DNA of 64,000 nt, from the NCBI RefSeq assembly GCF_036971445.1, contig NC_091480.1, positions 15,066,001 to 15,130,000 on the forward strand, read 5' to 3'. This stretch comes from Narcine bancroftii. Taxonomy: Eukaryota. A model generated the notes under the pieces. That model saw nothing but the letters and a program-made list of their open reading frames with translations, made no database searches and was not told the origin of the DNA. This document shows, piece by piece, positions 13,072-25,168 of this stretch; the stretch's first letter is position 1, and every line of letters begins with the position of its first letter. The position numbers were made by a program, and so were the translations under genes.

Positions 13072-13168
13072 GCTGATTCCTTTGGAATCTTCCACCGAAT
13101 CCTCAGCTTCATTTTCCTGCTGATTCCTTTGGAATCTTCCACCGAATCCTCAGCTTCATTTTCCTGCT
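13072..13168. repeat. Exact 47-bp tandem duplication
   Basis: GCTGATTCCTTTGGAATCTTCCACCGAATCCTCAGCTTCATTTTCCT starts at both 13072 and 13119. Confidence 0.9.
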
Positions 13169-13604
13169 CAATTCCCCTATGACTCTGCAAAGCCACACTT
13201 CGGCCTTGAAAAATACTCTGATCCTTTTTGAGGTCAAGAATTTTGAAAATTTACAGCTCCCCAGGGAATGTTGTTTCTCTTTTTTTCCTAAACAGAGGAT
13301 TGAAATCTTAAACCCTTTTGCTTGGAGGAACAATCCTTTGTGTTTGTTAGTAAAAGATAATTTCTCATTCTCCCACATGGAAGAACTTGGTTATATCCAA
13401 CTTGATCTCACCTCCTAGAACATTTATTTTATCTCAAGACTCTGTGGTGTGAATCCTTTGCTGCCACATGTAAAAGGCATGTATATTCTTTGTTACAAAA
13501 ATTGCATACAGGACATCTGATGAAATCCCTTAATTTTAGCAGATCTATCTTTTTCTTCTTGTACTCTTCTTCCCCATGCAATTAGTGCTAGTATATAGGT
13601 TGCC

Positions 13605-13868
13605 TCCAACCGTGCATCTTGGCTCACAGTTCGGCGGGCAGCAACCTCCTTTGAAGAAGACCGCAGAGCCCACCTCACTGACAAAAGACAAAGGAGAAAA
13701 AACCCAACACCCAACCCCAACCCACCAATTTTCCCTTGCAACCGCTGCAACCGTGCCTGCCTGTCCCGCATCGGACTTGTCAGTCACCAACGAGCCTGCA
13801 GCTGACGTGGACATACCCCTCCATAAATCTTCGTCCGCGAAGCCAAGCCAAAGAAAAGAAAAAGAAAG
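13605..13868 (+). mobile_element. 5'-truncated RTE (BovB-like) LINE 3' end with TSD
   Basis: Near-identical to the 3' end of the RTE at 25169-25805; (AAAG)n-like tail; TSD ATAGGTTGCC at 13595-13604 and 13869-13878. Confidence 0.9.
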
Positions 13869-15624
13869 ATAGGTTGCCATTCTCTTTTCCTGAATGATAC
13901 CCATGCAAGACTGATGATGAAGGAGAGTGTTTTCCCCCCCCAAAAGCAAAGCATCATTTAATTGATGTAAATTCATGAGATCAAAATATTTTTAAAAATC
14001 ACTTCTTACATTTACCAAACATCGCAGTTCCACTGAATAAGCCAGTTGGTCTACAACAAATGAATGATGCTTCACCGAAAGTCCCATTTGTAGCTGGTAT
14101 AAAGCTGAAATATACACGGCCCCTCAACTCAGTGCGTTATTGACTGCTCCTGGAGGCATTGATAAGTTTGGGGATGGGAAAATGTATGTGCTCCAGCATG
14201 TCACACATTTCTGTGCTGTAGTTTCCAGGCATCCAAGTCTGAAGGTAGTAGCACTCTTCTTTAAGCTACCCAGTGGTTCTCTGCAAAACCACTCAATAAG
14301 GTTAGAGAGAAATACAAGGTTTTCTTTTGCCTCAGCTGTTGATGGTCTTGGTTTCTACCTCTGATAAAATGCATAATAAATTCTAGCATTTGTATCTTAA
14401 AAGGCCTCAAAAAGCTAAATAGTGAAGAAATGAAAATCAGAACAATTGATACGAGAGCTCGATTGGAGAATGTGCCAGACATAACCATAATCAAAGACAA
14501 GATCTTCACTTCGGAACAACACCTGGTTTCCTGGAACTTTCAAATAGTACTTATTATATCAACCTAAAAATGAAACATGCGACAACAGAGTGGTTTTACT
14601 TTGAAAAGCTGCCACCGTACAAGCCAATTTCCAAAAATGCATTTTTATTCTAATTTCAAATGTCTGTTTCTAAAATGAGGTTCCAGTTCCTTTTCAGATG
14701 TATGCAATCATTTCAAAGAATATCTTATCATTTGTAAGCACCTGTAAACTGAAGTTCCTTCCACCATCTAAACATTTTTCAGAGCACGATCAGGCCATGT
14801 GATCCTCCAGGCTTATTCTGCCATTAAATAAGAGCAGCTTTCAAGTAATCTTGACTTCCATTCAGCTTTTCAGTCTGTTATCCATAGCCCACGACTCCCC
14901 AATAGATCTAAATTTTCCTGCATCACCCTTGAACAAATCAATGAATTGAGTTCCGCAGCAGCATAAGGTAGAGAATTCCATTAAAAGCTGCGCACAAGTT
15001 GAGTCCGAGAGCTTATTGTCATATACATCAGTACAATGTTCAGATGCACTGACATTCTTACTTGCTGCAGCCACACGGGAACATAAGCTATACCAACAAT
15101 AATAGTATAAATTAAAATTACCACAACATGCCATGAGATGGAAAAAGAGAAAATAAATTAAAAAAGGCAGATGCATAAATGTTCACAGTTGTAGTTAGTG
15201 CACAAAAAAGTAATTGTTTCAATGGTCCAGACAGATCTTTTGGTGGTTCTGGAGTAGTTTATAGTTGGGGTAGTCAGTGATGAGGAAAAAAACTGTTCTT
15301 GAATCTAGCGGTATCAATTCTAATCAACTCAAATGTTCACTGCATAGTACAAAGAAAACTCATCAACTCTTCAATTTTGCAATTTCCTAGATTCATTAAC
15401 AGATGTGACCCACTCCAAGTTTAACTGATTGGGATTTATTGTGGCAAGTTCTTCTCCATCAGAGATTTGAATCAAGACTTTTCAAGGCTTTTCAGAGTTA
15501 ATTTTTTTATTAGTGTCAATGGAATCCTTCCAACTAAAACTTGATTAACCCTCAACTCCTTAAGAACCAGTCAAGGGTGATGTGACTATCTGCGCAGAAA
15601 AGGAATGGTGCAAGTTATTTAGTT

Positions 15625-15875
15625 TAATTTAGACATACAGCAGGGTAACAGGCCATTTCGGCCCACAAGTCCGTACCGCACAATTTACACCCAATTAACC
15701 TAAATCCCTGGTATATCCCAAATGGTGGGAGGAAACCAGAGCCCACGGGGAAAACCCACGCAGACACACAGAGAACATACAAGCTCCTTACAAACAGCAT
15801 GGGATTCGAACCCCGGTCCCGATCGCTGGCCCTGTAAAGGCACTGCGCTAACCGCTATGCCAACCGTTCCGACCA
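15625..15875 (-). mobile_element. tRNA-derived V-SINE
   Basis: Reverse complement of the V-domain (GGGAGGAAACCAGAGCCCACGGGGAAAACCCACGCAGACAC) and of the B box (GGGATTCGAACCC). Confidence 0.85.
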
Positions 15876-15939
15876 ATTCACTCAAATCAAACTTGCTTAC
15901 ATAATGAACCAACTCCCCTGCTCTTCAAAATATTGTCAT

Positions 15940-16173
15940 CAGGTCTTTTAAAAGCCTGTATATGCCGGAGATTGATCTTGGAAGCTAAGCAGGCTCAGGA
16001 CTGGTCAGTGCTTGGAGGGGAGACCGCCAAGGGACACCAGGTGCTGCAGGTTTCTGTGAGGGGCGCTGGACCAAATGACGACTCTGTCTGCCTTACGGTA
16101 GACAAAAGTAAATAATTTCATGTATGTTACATTCTAAATGTAGTATTACGTGACAACAACGGAACCTTTACCT
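15940..16173 (+). mobile_element. 5S rRNA-derived SINE (SINE3-like)
   Basis: Head GATCTTGGAAGCTAAGCAGGCTCAGGACTGGTCAGTGCTTGGAGGGGAGACCGCC...GGTGCTGCAGG resembles 5S rRNA; followed by a non-5S body/tail shared with the copy at 39218-39428. Confidence 0.8.
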
Positions 16174-16396
16174 CATCAAAGGAAATAGAAAGAGCCTCTG
16201 TTTAATATATTATCTAATAGGTTGAACTTGCATGTTAGTCTTGAGTTAATTGAGCTTCAGTTTTCATTCTTGATCCTTGATGAAGGGCTCAGACTCAAAA
16301 TGTTGGTTATGTGTCTTTATATTTGTTCCATAAAGAACGCTATGTGAACTTCTCCAGTATCATTTGATCCATGCCTGATTGCCTTTACTTTTCCAG

Positions 16397-16447
16397 GGAG
16401 AAGAAATTTTTCTCGATATGTTTGAGGATGAATATAGAGTGATGATG
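16397..16447 (+). CDS. CLEC16A: CLEC16A coding exon (~exon 17, 51 nt)
   Basis: ccag|GGA...ATG|gtaagc; GEEIFLDMFEDEYRVMM. Confidence 0.95.
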
Positions 16448-16599
16448 GTAAGCAACCAGCTGAGTTAACAGTCTATGCAGCACAAGTAGTTGAGTTCTTC
16501 AGTTTAAATTGTGGTGCGTTGGTCCTTTGCATTCCTGTCCTATGAACATTGAAAACCATTTGTCCCCCACAAATCCCTGTAAGCGCTCTAACAGATAAT

Positions 16600-17310
16600 A
16601 TTAGATATTTTTGGCATCAAGATTCCACCTGTTCAACTAAGAGTATCAGTACACTCTCACTATACTCAATACACAGCGTAACACCATTAACAAATTTGGC
16701 AACGATATCATGGTACTAGGTTGTATAAAGAAAGGTAATGAGTTAGCGTACAGGAGGGAGATTGAAAATTTGGCTGAATGATGCACCAACAACAAACTTG
16801 CACTCAATGTCAACAAAACTAAGGACCTGATTGTCTACCTCTGACTTTCCCTTCCTGGTATCAACAATCTAGTGATCATTGGGGATCAGAGGTGGAGAGG
16901 TTGAGCAAATTTAAGTTGTTGGGAGTCATTATCTCAGAAAAACTTTCCTGGACCCAACACACCAATAGCATCATGAAGAAAGCACGTCGCCACCACTACT
17001 TGCTCAGGAGTTTGAGGAGATTTGGTATGACACCAGAAACCCTGGCAAATTTCTACAGAGGTGTGATGGAAAGTGTGCAGTCTGGCTGCATCATGGTCTG
17101 GTATGGGGATACCAATAGCTCTGAGCATAAAGCTCTCCAAAAGGTTGTGGATGTCAGACAAAATCCTCTCCATTATCGAGAACTTCTGCAGAGAACGCTA
17201 CCATCAGAGAGCAGCAGCAATCATCAATGATCCACACCACCCAGCACATGCTGTCGCTGCTGCTGCCATCAGAAAAGAGATACAGATGCCACAAGACACG
17301 TCACCAGCCT
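16600..17310 (+). mobile_element. Rex1/Babar LINE fragment (RT C-terminus and 3' ORF region)
   Basis: ORF 16892..17230 ERLSKFKLLGVIISEKLSWTQHT...KKARRHHYLLRSLRRFG...FYRGVMES...WYG. Confidence 0.8.
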
Positions 17311-17312
17311 CA

Positions 17313-17810
17313 TCAGATTTCAGATTTATTTATTGTCAGAGAACATGCATGACATTGCATACAACCCAGAGATTCCTTTTTCCCGAGGGCGCAACAGAAT
17401 TAGAACTAATTGGTAGTGCAATTTATACAGCGTAAACATATAAACAAGAAAAAGAATTATAATCAGATGACAAATGTAAGCAAACTGCAAAACAACAAAA
17501 GAAAATCAAAATGAGTCTCTGATGGAGTTTGTCATTGAGGAGTCTGATGGTGGAGGTGTGGCATCTGTTCCTGAACCAAGTGGTGTGAGGTTCGTGGCAC
17601 CTCGACCTCTTTCCTGATGGCACCAGTGAGAACAGAGCGGGTGCTGGGTGGTGTGGATCCTGGATGATCGCTGCTGCCCTCTGACGGCACCGTTCCCTGC
17701 AGATGTACTCACTAGCTGGGAGGGTTTTGCCTGCGAAGTCCTGGGCTGTGTCCACTAACTTTTGGAGGGCTTTCTGCTCAGGGGTATAGGTGTTCCCATA
17801 TCAGATCCTA
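17313..17810 (-). mobile_element. Rex1/Babar LINE 3' end
   Basis: ORF 17423..17755 RAAAIIQDPHHPAPALFSLVPSGKR...IRLLN; tail TGACAATAAATAAATCTGAAATCT; inverted relative to the preceding copy. Confidence 0.8.
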
Positions 17811-18129
17811 AGACAGTATAATAATGCCAAATCTGAGGTTTTTTTTTGGCCTAGTCTCATCAAGAAATTAGCTTGTGTTTGACCAAACTGCTTTTCTTTG
17901 CCTCCTTTTTGTGAAGAGTTTGATTCTTTGGAGTTTGGGCTAGGTCCAAACAAGATAGATGAGAAATGCATGACCTAACGTAGATCCATTACTTTTCCCT
18001 GATATATGAAGTTCCAGTTACATTCCATTTAGCGGCTGGGTGGTAGTAGATAGCATACTACTTTCAATTATTTTTATAAATGAAGACCATTTAAATCTTC
18101 TAAATTATTTTTGCTTTTATTTCTTTTAG

Positions 18130-18258
18130 AGTAAACCCCTGAATGTTGAGTACTTGATGATGGATGCATCCATTTTGTTACCTCCCACGGGGACCCCACT
18201 AACTGGCATAGACTTTGTGAAGAGGTTGCCTTGTGGTGATGTGGAAAGAACAAGACGG
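18130..18258 (+). CDS. CLEC16A: CLEC16A coding exon (~exon 18)
   Basis: ttag|AGT...CGG|gtaagt; SKPLNVEYLMMDASILLPPTGTPLTGIDFVKRLPCGDVERTRR. Confidence 0.97.
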
Positions 18259-18564
18259 GTAAGTTCCAGAATGGTCAGAACTGATCAATTCAATTAGATT
18301 TTGCATTGTTTTGCAAATGCCCAGTGCTTCAAACTAAAAAATATAATAATCAAATGAAATGTGAACTCTTTCACCTTTTTACTTCAATTTCTTACTGAAG
18401 CTTGGGTCTCAAGCCAAGTTCGTGCCTTTGAACAGTACAAGTTCTTGACTTCCCCTTTGAGTGCTTGTGTTCCATGTCTGCAAGGCAATATGACATTCTG
18501 GTGTTAACAAATTAATGAGTTTGATTTCCAAACTGAATGAATATTATATTTTTGTTTATTTTAG

Positions 18565-18685
18565 GCTATCCGGGTTTTCTTTATGCTTCGTTCTTTATCC
18601 CTGCAACTACAGGGAGAGCCAGAGACACAACTACCGCTGACACGGGAGGAGGATCTGATTAAAACAGATGACGTGTTAGACCTAA
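18565..18685 (+). CDS. CLEC16A: CLEC16A coding exon (~exon 19)
   Basis: ttag|GCT...CTAA|gtaagt; AIRVFFMLRSLSLQLQGEPETQLPLTREEDLIKTDDVLDL. Confidence 0.97.
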
Positions 18686-18728
18686 GTAAGTATTTTCAAT
18701 CTATTGCTACTGCTGTTTTTTTATTATA

Positions 18729-19029
18729 CAGTAAAACCTCATTAGAATGCGGTAGTTGGGGTCCAAGATTTCATACCGCATTACAGCCGAGTCGCGGAAC
18801 AGACGCATATCAGAAGCAGGAAAACAGACTCAAGACCTATAATAAGACCTTTAAACTCTACACATTAACCTACTCATCTTGTAAATGAGTCATAAAAGTC
18901 CATTTTTGAGTTTGTGGCTGTTCGCTACTGTTAGCCTGGCCTCCTAAAATCAATGTTTGGGGTCCACAGACACCCGCGCTATAAGCGATTCCGCAGATTA
19001 ATGAATCGCGTTCTAACGAGGTTTCACTG
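18729..19029. mobile_element. Tigger/pogo-type MITE with TA TSD
   Basis: TA|CAGTAAAACCTCATTAGAATGCG ... CGCGTTCTAACGAGGTTTCACTG|TA; 23-bp TIR with 3 mismatches. Confidence 0.85.
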
Positions 19030-19235
19030 TATTTTCCACTGCAGTCACTAGAGGGCTGTTGTATTCATTTTTAATTTTCCCGTCTTAATAAAAAGTATGT
19101 GCAACATGGAATCATTTGTAATCTTCCCCTTATTCCAGGTTGTAGAGTTGATCACCATTTATTTTGAAAGAGCAATGAAGAAATGCATGAAAGATTAACT
19201 TAAAAACTTATCGACCTTAGAGTTGATGAACAATT

Positions 19236-19745
19236 ATCAGATTTCAGATTTATTGCCAGAGTACAACCCTGAGATTCTTTTTTCCTGCGGGCGTGATAGA
19301 TTTACCACTAATTGGTCGTGGAAAAACAAACTCTACACAGCATAAACATGTAAACAAGCAAAAAAAAACTGTAAACAGGTAATGAATGTAAATAAACTGC
19401 GCCATACAGAGAGTACCAAAAGAAAATCAATAAAGTGCACAAGAGTCCTTAAATGAGTCTCTGATTCAGTTTGTCACTGAGGAGTCAGATAGTGGAGGGG
19501 GAGCAGCTGTTCCTGAACATGGTGGTGTGAGGTTGTGACACCTCTGCTTCTTTCCTGATGGCAGCAGCAAGAACGGAGTGTGTGCTAGGTGGTGTGAATC
19601 CTGCTGTTCTCCAATGGCAGAGTTCCCTGTAGATGTTCTCAATAATGGGGAGGGTTTTGCCTGTGACGCCCATGACCTTTTGGAGGGCTTTAAACTTAGG
19701 GGAATTGGCGCTCCCATTACCAGACCGTGATGCAGCCAGTCATGA
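19236..19745 (-). mobile_element. Rex1/Babar LINE 3' end
   Basis: Same family as 17313-17810 (AGATTTCAGATTTATTG tail, GAGTCTCTGAT, TTCCTGATGGCAGCAG). Confidence 0.75.
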
Positions 19746-20554
19746 ACTGCAACTTTTTATGTCTAAATTTTAAAAATTTTAAATTTATATTTGCGGTCCT
19801 TTCAGAGAGTGTTTCAGACTTGAAGGATATGCATTGTTTATTTTTTTAAGGAAGCCTCAGCATGTTTCTATAGTGTTTGTCCTGTATCTCCTTTTGGTGT
19901 TGCATTCCATGTGATGAGCAGAAATCAGGCATTTTGCAAATCAGTTACACAGTTAATACTACCGCGCTCCTGCGAAATTGCCTCAATTTCAGATCAGATG
20001 AATACGACTATATCAGTGGCATGCACATTCTCTACACTGTAATTACTTCATGTCTCCTATGGATGCATAGGAAAGAAATGCAAAAGAAATTATAAACTCA
20101 TCTTGGTAGAACAGATAGAAACATTTTTGCTGGTGGTGCATTTACGTGAGGCATTACTGTTCAGGAAAGTTGTTAGGAAGTGTTCAACCTAGCAAAGAAG
20201 TCTAAAGCGTGAAGGTTGGAAGAAAAGAAGATAAGCAAAATGAACATGGAGTGACAAAACTATGCCTCTATAATGTTATTTAATTACCTTCAGTACTTTC
20301 TCAATCTAACTTCATTTTATTCATATAAAGCAATTTTTTTTCCCCCAACTTGCAAATATCTGTTAATGATTGCATTGAAATTTGAAGAGGCTATGCCAAG
20401 GGTACATCTGTTGAATTTCAATTTGCCAATGGCTTCTTCCATCCAGGACATTTGAAAATGTTAAGGTGGTTTTACAAGCAAAACAAGCAAAGCCAATTCT
20501 AAATTAGCTTAGAAGTTCTAAAAAGAATATTATATCCTTCCATGGAAAGAAATG

Positions 20555-20900
20555 ATCAGTCAAAGTTTCAGGTCAGTACCCTTTATCAAAACTAGAAGAG
20601 GAGATAGCAAGCATAAAAATTGGGGAGGGGTCATGAGATGATGGGATACTGAACAAACGAAGCTGGGGAGTTGGACAAACAGGTAGGGGAGGAGACCACA
20701 AAGGGAAGGTTGTGGGTGGGTTGAGAATCGCCCCCACCCCCCTGGTGGAGAGGACCCTTTTACCTTTGCTGTCTTCACTTTCCACTTTAGTCTTGACAAA
20801 GGGACTCGACCAGAAACATTGACTGACCATTTCTCTCCTTGGATGCTGCGTGACTCTGTGAGTCCCTCCAGCTTCTCTTTGTTCACTCATCTGCAGTTCT
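20555..20900. mobile_element. Penelope-derived fragment with inverted termini
   Basis: TCTTGACAAAGGGACTCGACCAGAAACATTGACTG on + and its inverted counterpart at 20560-20590. Confidence 0.6.
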
Positions 20901-21002
20901 ATAGAGACCTAATATTGGGGGACTGGGAATCTATAACATCTGTGAAGTATTTATTCTGTTCTGTTGTTTTTCTAACTGTTCCAATGATTAGTTAAATATA
21001 TG

Positions 21003-21344
21003 TGTCGTGGTTACTTTCCATAAAAGCTGCTTGGAGGCTATTTTGGGCTCTTGTTTGTGACACATTTCAATTGATTCACCACAAAGTCCAGATGAGTTTA
21101 AATAGTTTATTATTAACACATAAAAGACTTGTAGCAATTGATAATAACATACTGTTCCAATTATAAACGACTGTTGTTACGATTTTCTTTAACATTCTAT
21201 GTGGAAATGGTACATACTAAACTGGCAACAATGGGAATGATACCAAGATAATGGTATCCACAAAAACAATAATTTTTTTAAATTATTCATTTTTAATAAC
21301 AACATTTCTTACTTAACTCTAACTTTCACACACACATATGTGCA

Positions 21345-21387
<43 letters not shown>

Positions 21388-24370
21388 GCAAGAAAGACCA
21401 TTATAGTTCAGCCATAATTCTGAAGAGATCATTTCAAAGTTCAGAAAGATTTTGTGTTGAAACTCAAAGTCTTTTCTCTGTTCAAAAGCAATTATGGAGT
21501 AAGTGTGAGGCATCAGACCTCTAAACTTGCAAATTTATTGTAGAGTCATTTTCAAAGAATTGCTTCTTCATATGAATGATTTTCCTCTCGCATGAAGATT
21601 TCACAAACTCAGGCAAGGGTTTCACTAATTAACCATTTAAAAATGGTTGTGTTTCGGATGCAAGATTAATTTAAGTTTTTTAATCAAAAGTGATCTTTTC
21701 AATGGAGACAAGAAGACTGTCCTCTCCTTTAAAGAGAGATTTGGAAGTGGCTATATTCTTCAAAACCACTTTTTTGCTTCAACCCTGTGTCACCTACAGG
21801 ATGGTAAGGCGTCTTCTGGCTTCAGTTTGAAATTAGTTTCTTAATATTCAAAAATTCTTTTTGTCGTATAGTGTCTTTACCACATGACATCATTCCTATC
21901 TTTTGAAGTTTATCTCTTTCAAACATTTTACGAGCTAATGCCTCCTGATAAGTCCTGGGACCAACCATTAAATGGCTTCCTTGTATACATAGCTGCCATC
22001 TGAATTTCCATTCAAACCACATAGGTAAACAAGCAAAGAGTCTTTTGTTTAATTAGATGTCCTCATTGTCCGAGATATTCCAAGGAACAAACACCGAGTT
22101 TTATTGGGGTCACTTACCAGACTTTGCGACTCCGAAAATAGCTTCTCTCTCTGAGTGTAATTGTGTGATTTTGTGTCCTATGTCCAAACCCACAATATAA
22201 CTTGACTAAAAATATATATTTTATAAGTAAAGATTATTACTGAGAAATTCTTTTCGTTGTCCTTGTCTACTGGAGCCTCTGTGCTCCATAAGGTACTTTC
22301 AGATTTGTTTTCAATCATTTGTTTCAGTCCTGTCTTAGATTTAGTTTCTCAAAAGCAATCACCAGCAATATTTGCAACATCTTCTAATACGTCATTTTCA
22401 CCTGTTTCTGACGAAAATAATTCCTTCAATGCTGGTTTTAGATGCCTTTGATTAATTTTTGTCAGTATAATTTTTGTCATTTTCACATTGATCTGTTTTC
22501 TTCAGAAGTGGCATTCTTATTTACGGTCTTGAACTGCTGCGCCCGCAGCTCTTCAAGTTTTACACCCAAAATCCTGTTCACACGTCCCTGACTCCTCCTG
22601 AGGTGTATCATTATTTCCTCCTAAAGGTCCATCTTGACAGGGTAAGGTCTGTCTCCCACATTCCATATTACATCTAGTGGTTCCAGAGCCAATCAGCATT
22701 TCTATCTCAGAGCCAATTTCAGGTAGATGAGCTTTCCTCAGATGAGACCACTGTTTGATATTGTTTTGATGTGGAAAGTTTCCTTTGTTCACAGGCATAG
22801 CCTTTTGAGTGTATATGCCTGGGAGATCACAAAAATTGCTGCTGTCCAGTCCAACGACCTCTAAGCCTGAAACAATGCCGGCTTCAATGACTTTCCATTG
22901 ACTCATAGTTTTTAATAGAATCCTTGACCTTTTTCCCTGAAGATTAAGCCCCTTGGTCTTGACTTGTACAGGCACTATTGAGAGTTTGCAGTTATCCTCA
23001 CCAGCCCCAGTAAGACCACTTGTCTGAACTGAGGCTATAACACTGTTTACAGCTTCCTTTGTTTCTGCTTGGTTATTTTTCATTTCCTTCTTTCCTTGGT
23101 GGATATGTAGTATTCTTGAATGCTTTAAACCACATATGTTGCAGCTGAGGTGCTTTCTCCAGTTTTTACTGATGTATCCTTTACACAGACAGCCAAAGCA
23201 AAAGCAGCCACTTTAGCCTGAACCTTTTAATGTGTAGATATTGTACTCGAAACTCTGGAGCTTGATTCAGAAGAACTTCATTTGCCTCTCCTTATTCCAA
23301 CATTTGACACACTGTCACCTGGTTGAATTTCATCCTGCATGTCTGAAGTGGCCTTAATATTTAACTCTTTATCCAATCTGTATTGCACATTCTTTGCATT
23401 TTCATCCTCTTCACCAACATTTGATGACACACCTTCAACCTTTCCAAGTTGCTGTCTTCAAATTCAGTAAATGTCTTGTGTGGTGGTCTTATAAGGTCTT
23501 CATTCCCATCGACCGAAGCCATCCCTTCTTCTATTGCTAGCTTTAGTCCCTCAATGAGAACACTTTTGACACCACTTGCATCTAGATTCCATTGCTAAAG
23601 TTCTGCTTTGAGATCTGTGACCCGCATGTCTTCAGTACATTGTACCTCATTGGTGATGCTGGCAGCAACGGCGGCCATTTTACATGTCTCTATCCACTGT
23701 CCATCAAGCTCGAGCACCAAGCACACACAACATGAGCTCCCAATGCAGAAGCAGCAGCATGTCCAAACTGTTCAAACTGCAACCAATAAACAGGAATCCA
23801 CAACCGCTTCTGATGGCTGTGATGTGGTGTTGTCAACAAGCGAGTTTCCACTGCAGCATCCATCAATAATATTGCTGTGTACAATGTGTCTAGAGGACCT
23901 TCTTCTCTAATATTAGAAGCACTGGACCTCTCTCTGGCCTACTCTCGGACCAATGGATGCGGATTACTGTCAGCAGCCTGCTCTTACCATTTCCAATATG
24001 GCCACCATATTATATTTAGTATCACTCCAAACCAAAGAGGAATAATTTTATATCTTCTATTTTCTATTCCAACAATTTATTTATTTTTTTTAATTTTGTT
24101 GTCTAAATGTAGCGACTACTTCCATAAAAGCAGCTTGGAGGCAAGTAGGGTTTTTGTTTGTGAAGCATTTTGATTCATTCACCACAAAGTCCAGATGAGT
24201 TTAAATGGTTTATTATTAACACAAAAAAGACTTGTACCAATCTATAATTACGTAATATTCCAATAATAACAACTTCTAACGATCTTCTTTAACATTCTAT
24301 GTGGAAATGATCTATAAATAATTTGACATCCATAATAATGATCAATGGTAATGATCAACAAAAAATATTC
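21003..24370 (-). mobile_element. Degenerate BEL/Pao LTR retrotransposon remnant (LTR-like repeats flanking gag/protease fragments)
   Basis: Minus-strand gag zinc knuckle CFGCLCKGYISKNWRKHLSCNICGLKHSRILH (~23100-23210); protease-region ORF 22553..23083 (CKLSIVPVQVK...VSGLEV...WSHL...IEMLIG); direct repeats at 21003-21280 and 24108-24370, each ending ACA on the minus strand. Confidence 0.7.
21347..21385. repeat. (GT)n microsatellite
   Basis: Pure GT run. Confidence 0.95.
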
Positions 24371-24845
24371 GAGCCTCACTTACCCTCTTAGTCTTTGACC
24401 CACCACACCAGTCGGCGGACTAACAAACTCAGGAATCTCATCCCCATTCCCGTGCATACACCAACCAAAGACTCGCGCACAGGAAGCAACATGGACTTTT
24501 GCAGCCTATGGACCCTAGGACACCGCCTAACAAAGGTACACAGCTTTGGCCCCAACAATATGGTTCTTGACAGTTTAGATCTGCGTTTCACTAACTGGGT
24601 TCCATAGAAAGAAGTGGGGGTTCTGCAGAAGGAATGATGATGTGTGCAGATGAAGCCAGTGACTATGGTCCAGAGTTGGTGCCACACTGTTGCCAGAGTG
24701 ACACATGGTGGTTTCTGGGAGCTGGTGCTGGTGGCGTGAAGATTTGTGGTGTGTGCAAGGGGGGTGGGGGGGGATGCTGAAATTCCGGTAACTGAACAAC
24801 AGGAGGGGTCCGCAGCCAGCAGTGTCCGACATGATAGGGGGAGCG

Positions 24846-25061
24846 AGGGGTGGCAGGGGTAGCCAGACCCGTGGTGGGAAGTGAGTGGCGCTGGGGGTGG
24901 ACTGGGAAGTGAGGGGGTGCAGGGGTAGCCAGACCCGTGGTAGGGAGTGAGTGGTGCTGGGGGTGGACTGGGAAGTGAGGGGGTGCAGGGGTAGCCAGAC
25001 CCGTGGTAGGGAGTGAGTGGTGCTGGGGGTGGACTGGGGAGTGAGGGGGTGCGGGGTAGCC
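24846..25061. repeat. G-rich 66-bp minisatellite (~3.2 units)
   Basis: Unit GGGGTAGCCAGACCCGTGGTAGGGAGTGAGTGGTGCTGGGGGTGGACTGGGAAGTGAGGGGGTGCA starts at 24856, 24922 and 24988. Confidence 0.92.
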
Positions 25062-25168
25062 TGGGCTCATTGCAGGGAGCAAGAGTTCTGTGAGCTAAAA
25101 TGTTTGGGAAGTCCTGATTTAGGTGAAGGACTTGAATCCAGTTCATTAACTTATCTGTGTACCATGCT

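Noticed and set aside
13072-13168. CRISPR-like repeats (also 24846-25061 and 55548-55720)
   Set aside because: Head-to-tail tandem repeats without unique spacers, in a eukaryotic intron with no cas genes.
15940-16060. Functional 5S rRNA gene
   Set aside because: Diverged, has indels, is fused to a SINE body shared by a second dispersed copy, and is not in a tandem array.
24388-25146. 252-aa Pro-rich minus-strand ORF
   Set aside because: Produced by the 66-bp minisatellite (a multiple of 3) plus a MITE arm; not a credible gene.
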